Part shown: positions 1 through 10,431 of the stretch, one piece after another
How positions within the stretch are numbered: position 1 is the stretch's first letter
How the letters are laid out: each line of letters starts with the position of its first letter
Assembly: GCA_036172245.1 (NCBI GenBank)
Contig: JAYWIR010000003.1
Coordinates: forward strand, 1 to 64,000
Source of the DNA: Raillietiella orientalis
Taxonomy: Eukaryota
Direction of reading: 5' to 3'
Length of the DNA stretch: 64,000 nt
The notes under the pieces: generated by a model
What the model was told of the DNA's origin: nothing
The model's input: the letters and a program-made list of their open reading frames with translations, nothing else
The model's database searches: none
Translations under genes and position numbers: made by a program

Positions 1-24
1 TGCCCCGGCGTGACCGGGTGAGAA
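1..24 (+). mobile_element. 3' terminus of a further copy of the L1/Tx1-like element (rest lies upstream of the window)
   Basis: TGCCCCGG-CGTGA-CCGGG-TGAGAA matches the 3' terminal hairpin read on the minus strand at 10429-10452 (TGCCCCGG-CACAT-CCGGG-TGTGAA). Similarity to the copy at 5582+ only begins at about position 25. Confidence 0.65.
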
Positions 25-1973
25 ATCTCTTGCGCTTGTTCTGCAGAGATCACGTGGATCTCCTGCAGCAGCGCAAGGTCGTAGAACTCCAGAAGGGTGG
101 CCATGTCTCGTCTCCTGCCGGCGTCTGTCATGCCGTTCACGTTCCAAACGGCGATGCGCAGACGACGGCGGGAGGAGATTCCCGGCATTACTGCTGGGAA
201 GATTAAGGTGTGGGGGAGCCCTCCTCTTGCGAGGCGGGCGGGATGTCCATGGGGGTTTCGGCCTTCTCAGGCAACTGAGGCACCTGTTCGGCCTCCACTT
301 CCTCCATCCCCTCCGTGTCCGTGCGTGGGAGTCTCTCGGGCGACGGGTCCCGACAGTTTCCCACGCTCATGGCACCCTCGCTTGCCGAAGCCATCTCTTC
401 CCCTTCGACGGGGGAGACGAGCTTCCTTGGCTTTGTGGACTAACGTCCAGCCTTCTTGCGCGGTGCCGTGGAAACGGAGGCTGCGCTTCCGGCCTCCACC
501 TCGTGGTCGGAAGTGGGGAACTCCTGAGGGGAGGCCGGACGCCTTACGGCATTCTTGCCAGCCTTGCAGGGTTCTGGCTGCAACGAGGCTGCCAGCTCCT
601 CCGCGGCTCGCGCGAAGGCTACGTCATCGATGGTGGTGTCGATGACGGACGCCGCCGCCGGCTCGCTCCCCTCGCTGTTGACAGTGTCAACGGAAGGGAG
701 GTCGTCGGTAGCGGCGAGTTCTTTCCGGCAGCGTTCGGCAACATCGAGAACGCGTTCGACAACGACGCTGCACTCTTTAATTATCGCGCTACCCTGCTCT
801 TTCTTCTTCTGTTGGTAGGCGATTTTCTTTTCCATCCACCTCTCCTTCTTTGATTTTTTGGCCGTTGCCACTTCCCACCCAGTCTCCTGGCCGGCTCCTT
901 CAACTTTTTCGGCTTTGGTCGCCGGGGTCTCGGGTGCGGCCTGGGTCTTGGGCGCGGGTGGCACAGCCTTCGCGGCAGCTTTCGCCACCAGCCTTTTCTG
1001 CAGAATCCGGGCGCGTTTTTTAAGGTTACTCTTGGAAACCACCCGCACTGCTGCTTTTGGGCACACCTCCCTCGTGTGGATCATTGTGCCGCATACTTGG
1101 CACCGCACATTGGGACACCTCTTTTTGAGGTGGCCCGACGTATTGCAGAAGCCACAGTATTTCGGCTTTCCCACATACCAGAGGTCGACGGTTTCGCCTT
1201 CGACCACCAGTTTGTGGGGAAATGTGCAGCCCTCCCGAACGGTCACGCGCGCAGCAGTGAGGCCGTGTTGCAGCCCCGTGTAGTTTTCGAAAGGACTAAC
1301 CTTCGTCCACTGTGCGTGGACCGTTCCGTATTCCTCCAACGCGGAGCGAACCTGTTCTTTGCGCATTCGCGCGGTAACACCTAACAGGTGGACCACCATG
1401 CTGCGGTCCGCCGTAATAGGGAGGAGCCTGCGCGTCCCCATCACCACGGGGTTTTAAGCAGTCGTTGGGCCAGCTCTGCTTGTTTGCAGATGACCTCAAC
1501 GTACTGACCCCCGCTGCGGATGGTCATAGCGCTGAGCTCCTCCTCTTTCACATCGAAAGCGCGCATGCCCTTCGAGAAGGCGCGCGCGCTCTCTAAAGAA
1601 TAAAGGTTGCCTACCTTGTAGAACAATGAGAAGTTGTACCTCTCCTCTACATAGGCCGACAATTCCGCCGCGGCTGCAGGCGATGGCGCCGACACAACGG
1701 CGCTCCACGCCCGCGCTGCAGCGGGGACCGATTCTGTGGGGGCGCATGCCTTCACCTTCATCGCCTCCGGGGGCGACGTTGCCGCCGCCCCCTGACTCTC
1801 CATCGCCTCTAGTGACGGCGTTGCCGCTGCCCTCTGGCCATCCCTGGTGGTCGCGTCAGGCATCGCTGCCTGATCGACCACCGAACCACACGACGCTTGC
1901 ACTGGGGGAGACTTCCTGGCACGAGGAGCACCGAGAAAACACGTCCACCCTGGAGCACGCAAGGCGTTCGATT
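25..1973 (-). mobile_element. L1/Tx1-group non-LTR retrotransposon, copy 1 (5' UTR + ORF1 + start of APE; 3'-truncated)
   Basis: Near-identical to 5606-7554 (offset about 5581). Contains ORF1 with zinc knuckles, and the ORF2 start (ATG at 188) MPGISSRRRLRIAVWNVNG...LLQEIH, which is the APE N-terminus. Confidence 0.9.
203..1863 (-). pseudogene. ORF1 (gag-like nucleic-acid-binding protein), frameshifted
   Basis: ATG at 1863 (MPDATTRDG). Split over track ORFs 1441-1962, 440-1447 and 203-394. Knuckles CGFCNTSGHLKKRC and CQVCGTMIHTREVC; basic/low-complexity C-terminus. Confidence 0.85.
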
Positions 1974-2188
1974 TTCACCCGGATTTCGCCGGGGGGTTCA
2001 TTGTAAAATAAACTTTTACAAAGACGTGCAGTGGCTGGACCATTGCTCCAGCCACGCACGAAGAAACACAGAGCCTGCCGGGTCACCGGTTCGCAGACCG
2101 GTACGGTCCACCACGCAGCAGGGGGAAGGGGGAAAAACAAAAAACAAAACAAAAAAGAAAAGAAAAGTTGCGAGGGTAAGGGAAGGGA

Positions 2189-5100
2189 TCACAGTTGCTG
2201 GTGGGACCGTTGCATCCTTTGCAGGATGCCGGAAAGCTTCTTCTGTATTCCTGGATCCAGGTGGGGCCATCGGGACGCCCTCCTCAGAAACTGGGAGGCT
2301 GGCTGGATGGCACCCTGGTCGCGTTGTCCTCCCGTAGCCTTGCTCCAAGCTGTGACGATCTCGCGTAGGCAGCACAAAGCTGCTAACGAGGCCGCTGGCG
2401 GAAGGGCGTCGGCAACGAAGAGGGCTTTCAGTGCGTCCCTGGGGTTGCCGCAGGGGATTCCGATGGCCGCGGCACAGCCAAAATAAAGGGGCCGAAGGGC
2501 AACACAATCCACTAGCAGGTGGGGGAGGGACTCCCGTTCCCCACACCTGACGCAATTAAGGTCCACCGCTCCCCAGGTCCAGTGGTGTCGGCGGGCGTTG
2601 CAGGGGAGTCCTTAGTGCTGCAACAGTAGAGCCGACTCCTGCCATTTTAAGGGGAGGGCGGAAGTGTTAATGAGCGCTGGGGGCCACTTCAGATGTTCAA
2701 TGGGAACATCGAGCAGCGCGCCTCAGCGCAGAAGTCCATTGGGAGGCGTACTCGGAGTCGCAGCGTCTGTTAACTGGCCCGTCTTTCACTCTCCTATCTT
2801 CTTCTCCTTTCCAGATATTGTTACTGTAACCTTCCACTTTGCCGCAACATCGCTGTCCAGATCTTCCATCATTGAAAGCAGCGCAGCAGCGAGGGGGGTT
2901 CTTCCTGCCCACGCTCTCTTCTTTGGATCCTCCAGGATCTCGCGGAGCGTGCAACTTCTGTAACCCCCAAACAGGAACCTTCGTTCCTGTTGGGAGCGTT
3001 GCATGCCGAACTGTCCCCACGTTCGAACGGTTTCCTGCAACCAGGCACCACCGTTCAACGGGCGACAGGTGAGCAATCCTGGGTTTTTCCGATACAGCGC
3101 AGCCACCCTCCGTAGCTGGAGTCCGCATCGGTTGACGCGGCGACGGAGTGCAAGAAACGACGTCAGTCCCGTCTTGCCGGTGGCTTGCTGAAGTAGGAGA
3201 CGTGCAGATACGCACCAACAGGTGCACCACAACTCTGGAACGAGTGCCGACAAGCGGAACTGGAGCTCAAGCTCCAGCCGCCCCAGCGTCAGGAGGCCCA
3301 GACCACCATCCCGACGAGGAGCGCACAAGTCCTTTATGCGGACTCGGGCACTCCCGTTGCCCCAAAGGGCGATACGGAGGAGGTCCTTCGTCCGCTTTTT
3401 GATCCTCTCTGTGGGGGGGCAAACAAAAAGCAAGGAGCGGAGGAGAAGAGCCGCGAACGTGTTCCAAACCGCGGCCCGTTCAGGAAGGAAAAACCTGTCG
3501 CCATGGAACAAGCCGATAGCCGTCTCTACTTTTTGGAGGCAGCCGGACCACGCTTCCGCAGGGGAGTGGTCCCCCAACGGCACACCAAGGTACTTGAAGT
3601 ACCTCACCGTGGGAATCCCTAAACGGACCCAGCACTGCTGCCCTGCCCACGCCGCACCAACTGGCATCACTGACGACTTCGCCCTGTTCACCGTAAGTCC
3701 GGTTCCCCGATGCAGCAGGTCGAAGAACTCTTCGACCGCCGCAGCCGAGGTGGACATAGGGAGCAGCAGCAGAAGGTCGCCCGCGTATGCTGAAACGGCC
3801 GGCGTATCGGCACAGTCGTGCGGCAGGTGCGTCAGAGTTCCCCTGTACGCTCCCAGTACCAACTCAAAGTAGGTACTGAAGAGCAAGGGGCTCAGGCTCT
3901 CTCCCTGCCGGATCCCACGCCGCACCGGCACGCCGTGCACGGTCTTCCCGCTGAAAGTAACATTGATAAGCGCGTCGAGCCAGCAGGAGCGCAGATAAAC
4001 CACTAATGAGGCCGGGAAGCCCAAGCGTTCCAGAATTTCCAGAAGGACATTCTGGTCGACGCAATCGAATGCTTTTCGCAAGTCGTTTGCGACCGCAAGG
4101 GCTCCCTCCCCCACCCGACCATTCAACCCCTTGCCGGCGCACGCACCGGAATTCCGGCTGCGCAACAAGCTCCTTTCATGTTGGAGCTCTAGCCAGGTGG
4201 AAGCGTGGAACAGGTTCGCCTCCATGCTTTGCCCGGGAACAGCATATGTCTGTTCCGGGCTAATGAAGATGTTGGCAACCCGTCCCAGACTCTCTGCCCA
4301 AACCTTAGCCAGCAAGTTGACGTCCGCATTCACCATTGTGATGGGACTCCAGATGTTCATGCTCCTCAGATCTCCTCCCTTAGGGAGGAGCCGCACCTTT
4401 GCCGAACGAAACGAGGCGGGAACGTCACCTGTTTCGCGTATAAGCAAGGTGAGTTGCTGTACCAGGGGGGTAAGCTCAGCCGCGAAAGTTTGATAAAACT
4501 CCGCGGGCAGGCCGTCCTCCCCTGGAGCCTTTCGCCTCTTGAGCTTTCCGATGGCCGAGAGGATCTCGTCCATCGTGAAAGGCTCGTCGAGGGTCCTACT
4601 CTGCTCCTCCCCGATCGCTGGATTGCCTTCCGGAAGCAGGACTCGCGAGACGTTCCCCTCCAGAGGTGCCCTGGCATACAGGGAGAAGAAGTAACTCCGC
4701 AGCAGGCCGCGGATTTCGGCAGGTGCCGAGTGCTCCTGGCCCTGATCGTCCAGTAAGCTGGCCGATCCAGACTTCCAGGCTTGCCTCTCGGCTGCCGCTT
4801 TGTATTCCGCCAGCCTGCGGATGTCGGCGGTCCTGGCGTAACGACGGCCTGCAGGTAGGCTCGTTCGTTACGGACCCCGGTCCCAAAACCCGTAGGTAGG
4901 CGGTGCAGAGGGAACTGGTCGCAGAACTCCTGGACCGACCGCTTGAAGCGGTCTCAATCCTAGAGTGTCAGCAGCCGGAAGCTCCGTATGAACGTGCGGA
5001 GATGTTCCGCCGCGTCCGTGAACTTCAGCCAGTCCCCTGGGAGACGCTACGCTTACGAGGGGGGGCCCCTGTCGCGCGGATGGATCTCGAGGACTAGCGG

Positions 5101-5769
5101 GCGATGGTCGGACAGCTCCCACGGTAACTTGCCGCGCCTGCCCACGCGAGGGCACAGGTGCTCGTCAAGAAACACGTGGTCAATGCTGACTTCCATCCCC
5201 GGTGCACTGGCCAACAAATCACAGGTGCGCACCGCCATGCACACCTCGTTGACCAGGTCACGCTCGGGAGTCTGCCCATCTGGTTTCAGGCGAACGTTGA
5301 AATCGCTTGCAACCAGATGGTCATTCCGCACGCCTGCTTCGGTCAGCCATTCTCGCCGGAGGGCAAGGAAAAACTCTTTCCTCGCACTCCTGTTCATCAG
5401 GTCCGCGCAGCTCGGTGCGTACACGTTCGTGACGATCAGATCGATCGAGTCGGACCACCTGAGAGTCAGCTGGCCGACACGACCGTGATCGTCGAACCGT
5501 ACGCCCCGAGCCGCGGCCTCGACGGCTAACCGGAGCAGGTAGGCGACACCGCAACTTTTCGCTCTCCCAAACCTGTATTATAGCCGCCCTTTGGAGATCC
5601 GTTCGATCTCTTGCGCTTGTTCTGCAGAGATCACGTGGATCTCCTGCAGCAGCGCAAGGTCGTAGGACTTCAGAAGGGCGGCCATGTCTCGTCTCCTGCC
5701 GGCGTCTGTCATGCCGTTCACGTTCCAATCGGCGATGCGCAGACGACGGCGGGAGGAGATTCCCGGCAT
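2189..5769 (-). pseudogene. ORF2: APE endonuclease + reverse transcriptase + C-terminal Cys/His finger, disrupted
   Basis: APE motifs WNVNG, LLQE, NVYAP, SDFN, IDHV, SDHRP. RT motifs KAPGEDGLPAEFY, KAFDCVD, GIRQGESLSPLLF, YAGD (YADD in the other copies), FKYLG. Also LCAPRRDGGLG and CVRCGERESLPHLLVDC. Several frameshifts and stops. Confidence 0.92.
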
Positions 5770-5783
5770 TACTGCTGGGAAGA

Positions 5784-7444
5784 TTAAGGTGTGGGGGAGC
5801 CCTCCTCTTGCGAGGCGGGCGGGATGTCCATGGGGGTTTCGGCCTTTCAGGCACCTGAGGCACCTGTTCCGCCTCCACCCCTTCCATCCCCTCCGTGTCC
5901 GCGCGTGGGAGTCTCTCTGGCGACGGGTCCCGACAGTTTCCCACGCTCATGGCACCCTCGCTTGCCGAAGCCATCTCTTCCCCTTCGACGGGGGAGACGA
6001 GCTTCCTTGGCTTTGTGGACTTACGTCCAGCCTTCTTGCGCGGTGCCGTGGAAACGGAGGCTGCACTTCCGGCCTCCATCTCGGGGTTGGAAGTGGGGGT
6101 CTCCTTAGGGGAGGCCGGACGCCTTACGGCCTTCTTGCCAGCCTTGGAGGGTTCTGGCTGCAACGAGGCTGCCAGCTCCTCCGCGGCTCGCGCGAAGGCT
6201 ACGTCATCGATGGTGGTGTCGATGACGGACGCCGCCGCCGGCTCGCTCCCCTCGCTGTTGACAGTGTCAACGGAAGGGAGGTCGTCGGTAGCGGCGAGTT
6301 CTTTCCGGCAGCGTTCGGCAACATCGAGAACGCGTTCGACAACGACGCTCCACTCTTTAATAATCGCGCTACCCTGCTCTTTCTTCTTCTGTTGGTAGGC
6401 GATTTTCTTTTCCATCCTCCTCTCCTTCTTTGATTTTTTGGCCGTTGCCACTTGCCACCCAGTCTCCTAGCCGGCTCCCTCAACTTTTTCGGCGTTGGTC
6501 GCCGGGGTCTCGGGTGCGGCCTAGGTCTTGGGCGCGGGTGGCACAGCCTTCGCGGCAGCTTTCGCCGCCAGCCTTTTCTGCAGAAGCCGGGCGCGTTTTT
6601 TAAGGTTTCTCTTGGAAACCACCCGCACTGCTGCTTTTGGGCACACCTCCCTCGTGTGGCCCATTGTGCCGCATACTTGGCACTGCACATTGGGACACCT
6701 CTTTTTGAGGTGGCCCGACGTATTGCAGAAGCCACAGTATTTCGGCTTCCCCACATACCAGAGGTCGACGGTTTCGCCTTCGACCACCAGTTTGTGGGGA
6801 AGAGTGCAGCCCTCCCGAACGGTCACGCGCGCAGCAGTGAGGCCGTGTTGCAGCCCCTTGTAGTCCTCGAGAGGACTTACTTTCGTCCACTGCGCGTGGA
6901 CCGATCCGAACTGTTCCAAAGCGGCGCGAACCTGTTCTTTGCGCATTTGCGCGGTGACGCCTAACAGGTGGACCACCATTCTGCGGTCCGCCGTAGTGGG
7001 GAGGAGCCCTCGCGTCCCCATCACAACGGGGGTTTTAAGCCGTCTTTGGGCCAGCTCTGCATGTTTGCAGATGACCTCAACGTACTGACCCTTGCTGCGG
7101 ATGGTCATAGCGCTGAGCTCCTCCTCTTTCACATCGGGAGCGCGCATGCCCTTCGAGAAGGCGCGCGCTCTTTCTAAAGAATATAAATTGCCTACCTTGT
7201 AGAACAATGAGGGATTGTACCCCTCCTCTACATAGGCCGACAATTCCGCCGCGGCTGCAGGCGATGGCGCCGACACAACGGCGCTCCACGCCCGCGCTGC
7301 AGCGGGGACCGATTCTGTGGGGGCGGATGCCCCCACCTCCATCGCCTCTGGAGGCGACGTTGCCACCGCCCCCTGGCTCTCCATCGCCTCTGGGGGCGGC
7401 GTTGCCGCTGCTTCCTGGCCATCCCTTGTGTTCGCGTCAGGTAT
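5784..7444 (-). pseudogene. ORF1 of copy 2, frameshifted; the ATG of copy 1 reads ATA here
   Basis: Track ORFs 6521-7594 and 5321-6451; two CX2CX4HX4C knuckles; colinear with copy 1 ORF1. Confidence 0.85.
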
Positions 7445-7551
7445 CGCTGCCTGATCGACCACCGAACCACACGACGCTTGCACTGGGGGAGACTTCCTGG
7501 CACGAGGAGCACCGAGAAAACACGTCCGCCCTAGAGAGCACAAGGCGGTCG

Positions 7552-9495
7552 ACTGTGTAGACCAGGAACTCCTCTTGGAGCTCCTTGGTCGCATGGGCTT
7601 CCCACTCTCCCTGATTTCCTACCTGCGCTCTTGCTGGCGGAATGCGTTGAATACGGTCTCTTTCAGTGGTCACAAGGTGTATGGCGTGCCGGTGCGGCGG
7701 GGTATAAGGCAGGGAGATAGCCTCAGCCCCCTGCTCTTCAGCACCTACTTTGAGTTGGTGCTGAGAGCGTACAGGGTGACTTTGGCCCCATTGCCGAGCT
7801 CGTTCCCCGGCACGCCCGCCGTAGCAGCTTACGCCGACGATCTTCTGCTCTTGTTGCCAATGTCCACCCCGGCAAAGGCGGTCGGAGACTTCTTCGATCT
7901 GCTTAGCCGCGGGACAGGCCTCCATGTGAACAGGACGAAGTCGTCGTTGCTTTTCACCGACTCGACGAGGGCCGGACGGTCGGACTGGTTCCGCTTGGGG
8001 ATCCCCACGGGCAGGTACATCAAGTACATTGGCGTTCCGTTGAGGGACTTCTGCTCTGCAGAAGCCTGGTCCGACCGTCTACAAAAGGTAGAGCTGGCGA
8101 TCGGCCCGTTCCGGGACGGCAAGTTTCACTTGCAGAAACGGGCCACGGTATGGAACGCTTTCGCGGCTCCCCTCCTTCACCCCCTACTTTTTGTGTGCCC
8201 TACCCCGTATCAAATTAGGACACGGACTAGGGTCCTTATACGGAAAGCCCTCTGGGGCAACCGGAGGCCTCGCGTCCGGCTCAAAGACTTGTGCGTTCCA
8301 CGCAGGGACGGTGGACTTGGTCTCCTGACGTTGGTGCGCATGGAGCGACAGCTCCAATTCAGAAAACTTGCCCTTGTGGCAAAGTTTTGGACAGCACCCT
8401 GGTGTGCACCAGCAAGACTCCTTGCTCACAGGGCAACCGGCTGCTTCGGATTGACTTCAATCCTGGTAGCCAACGAACGCAGTCTGAACCATTGTGGTTA
8501 TTAGCTGCGGGATTTGGTTGCTCTGATGAGAGACAACCCTTGGATCTCTTGCATCCCAGCGGACTGGACTACCTGGCTTCAGGAGTCCGTATCCGCATGG
8601 GCGAAGATCAATGGCACCAGCGATGAGGACTTCTCCTGCCTCCGCAGAGGGAGGCACGCTGGTCAGCCACTCCAGGAGATCGTTTCCAACCCACGGAAAC
8701 TTCTGTGGGCTTCCTTCACCCCCCTTGCCCCAGTGCTGCCCTCCCTCAGGGAAGTTCGGGACAACCACCAACAGGCATCGTGGGAAGTGTCCTGCCTCAT
8801 TGGAGGCAGGAAAAAATCACTGAAGGCGTGGACGCCGAGGGAACTAGCGGACGCTAGTACCCCGAGTGTCCCGATGAACGGACTTTTACGCTGGGGCGCG
8901 CTGCTCGGTATACCTGCGGAGGAGGTGAAGTGGCCCCCAGCGTCATGGGACAACGGCACCCTTCCCCTGCAGTGGCAGGAGACGGCGTTGCTTCTGCTCC
9001 ACTGGGGACTTTTAAGCAGAGCACGCCTGTCTCGCTGGACATCGGGGAATGTGGATGCTAGTTGTGCAGAGTGCGGGGAAAGGGAGACCTTCCCCCACTT
9101 GATTCTGGAGTGTGTTGCCCTCCACGAAATGTGGGACAGACTCTCGTCGATCCTCAACATTCCGGAGGGTGACCCGAAAAATTTATTCAGACGCCTTCTG
9201 ACGCGAGACGGCTTGCCAGCCTCCGGGAGCGTAGCAGTGCTCTGCTGCATACGCGGTATCCTGGAGAAGTGGACCGCGTCTACAAGAGGAAGAACCAGCC
9301 GGAATGCCATCCATTGGGCAGCGATCTCCTTGGAGAAAGCGTGCCGTTGGCGCCGACTTCAAAAACATTTACCGGCACTTGTTCGCATCCGAAACCGGAT
9401 GCAAAGCCCTGCTCACGGCGCACCGTGATCCCCTCCCTCCCTCCCGCTCCCCAAAAACATTGCCCTCCAGACATTTTTCCTTTTTTGTTTTGTTG
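7552..9495 (+). mobile_element. 5'-truncated copy 3 (RT to start of 3' UTR), a second ORF2 subfamily
   Basis: Begins at (F)DCVDQELL. Has GIRQGDSLSPLLF, YADD, KYIG, GGLG and CAECGERETFPHLILEC. One in-frame TAG at 8502-8504; stop at 9428 followed by a TCCC/T-rich UTR. Right end approximate. Confidence 0.9.
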
Positions 9496-10431
9496 GCTTC
9501 GGTCCTTTTCCTTCGGCGTCTCATCCTTTCTCGCGCCTGACGGAACGGAAATTTTTGGTTCGGGCACATCCGCCTGATGTGCCCCTTCTCCCCACAGCCC
9601 AAGCACACGATGTTGAAGCATTTCTTTTTTAAATGCCCCGACACCTGGCAAAAGCCGCAGTAAACGAGTTTCCCCACATACCACAGGTCGATCTCCTCCT
9701 TTCCGACCTGCAGTCTGTGGGGTAGCTCACCCTCGGCTCGGACGGTCAAGCGGGCAGCGGCATAACCATTGAATGCTTTAATGTAACCCAATATATTGGG
9801 TTTTGCCCACAACGCGTGGACCGTCCCGAACTTCTCCAAACTTTTGCGAACGGCGGTCTTAGCCATTCTCATCGTAATACCGGTGAGGTGGACAACGATG
9901 GAGTTGTCCGCCGTGAACGGGAAGATCCTTCGACCGTTCACGGTCACCGGCAGGCGGAACAGCTGCTGAGCCATCCCTGCAGACTTGCAGTTCAGCTCAA
10001 CCAGCTGCCCGCCACTCCTAACCGAAAGTCCGAGGACTTCGTCCTCCGGGACTTTAAATTTTTTGAACTCGGCCGCGAAAGACCGTAATAACGCGGGGGA
10101 GTACAGGCCACCTACCTTGTATAACAAGGCCGGGTTATACCCGTCGGCCATGTAAGCCCGCTGTTCCTCTGCAGGGGGCGGCGCAGGCGCCGCCACCACC
10201 GCGCTCCAAGCCCTCGCCGGGGCGGGGGACGATTCCGTGGGGGAGATGGCCCCCACATCCATGGGCTGGGGAGACGAGGCTCGCTCGCCCCCCTCCGCCG
10301 TCTTTGCGGCGTCCTCGGGCATCTCTGCCCAGGAACAACCGCTCACAGCTGAAAACCCCGAAAACACTCGCGAGAAAAACGCGGAGCACCACAAAAGCAC
10401 GTCCACCCTCTCAAGAGCGCCGTCGCAATTC
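9496..10431 (-). mobile_element. Copy 4: 5' UTR + N-terminal ORF1 (diverged subfamily), 3'-truncated
   Basis: ATG at 10322 (MPEDAAK), RAWSAVVAAP, GYNPALLYKVG, knuckles CGFCQVSGHLKKKC and CLGCGEKGHIRRMC. GGACGTG at 10398-10404. Confidence 0.88.

Larger units (their letters stand above)
1974..7554 (-). mobile_element. Near full-length (~5.58 kb) but defective L1/Tx1-group retrotransposon, copy 2
   Basis: 5' UTR with GGACGTG, ORF1 (~7444-5784), ORF2 (5769-2189) and 3' UTR (2188-1974), all in canonical order. Confidence 0.92.
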
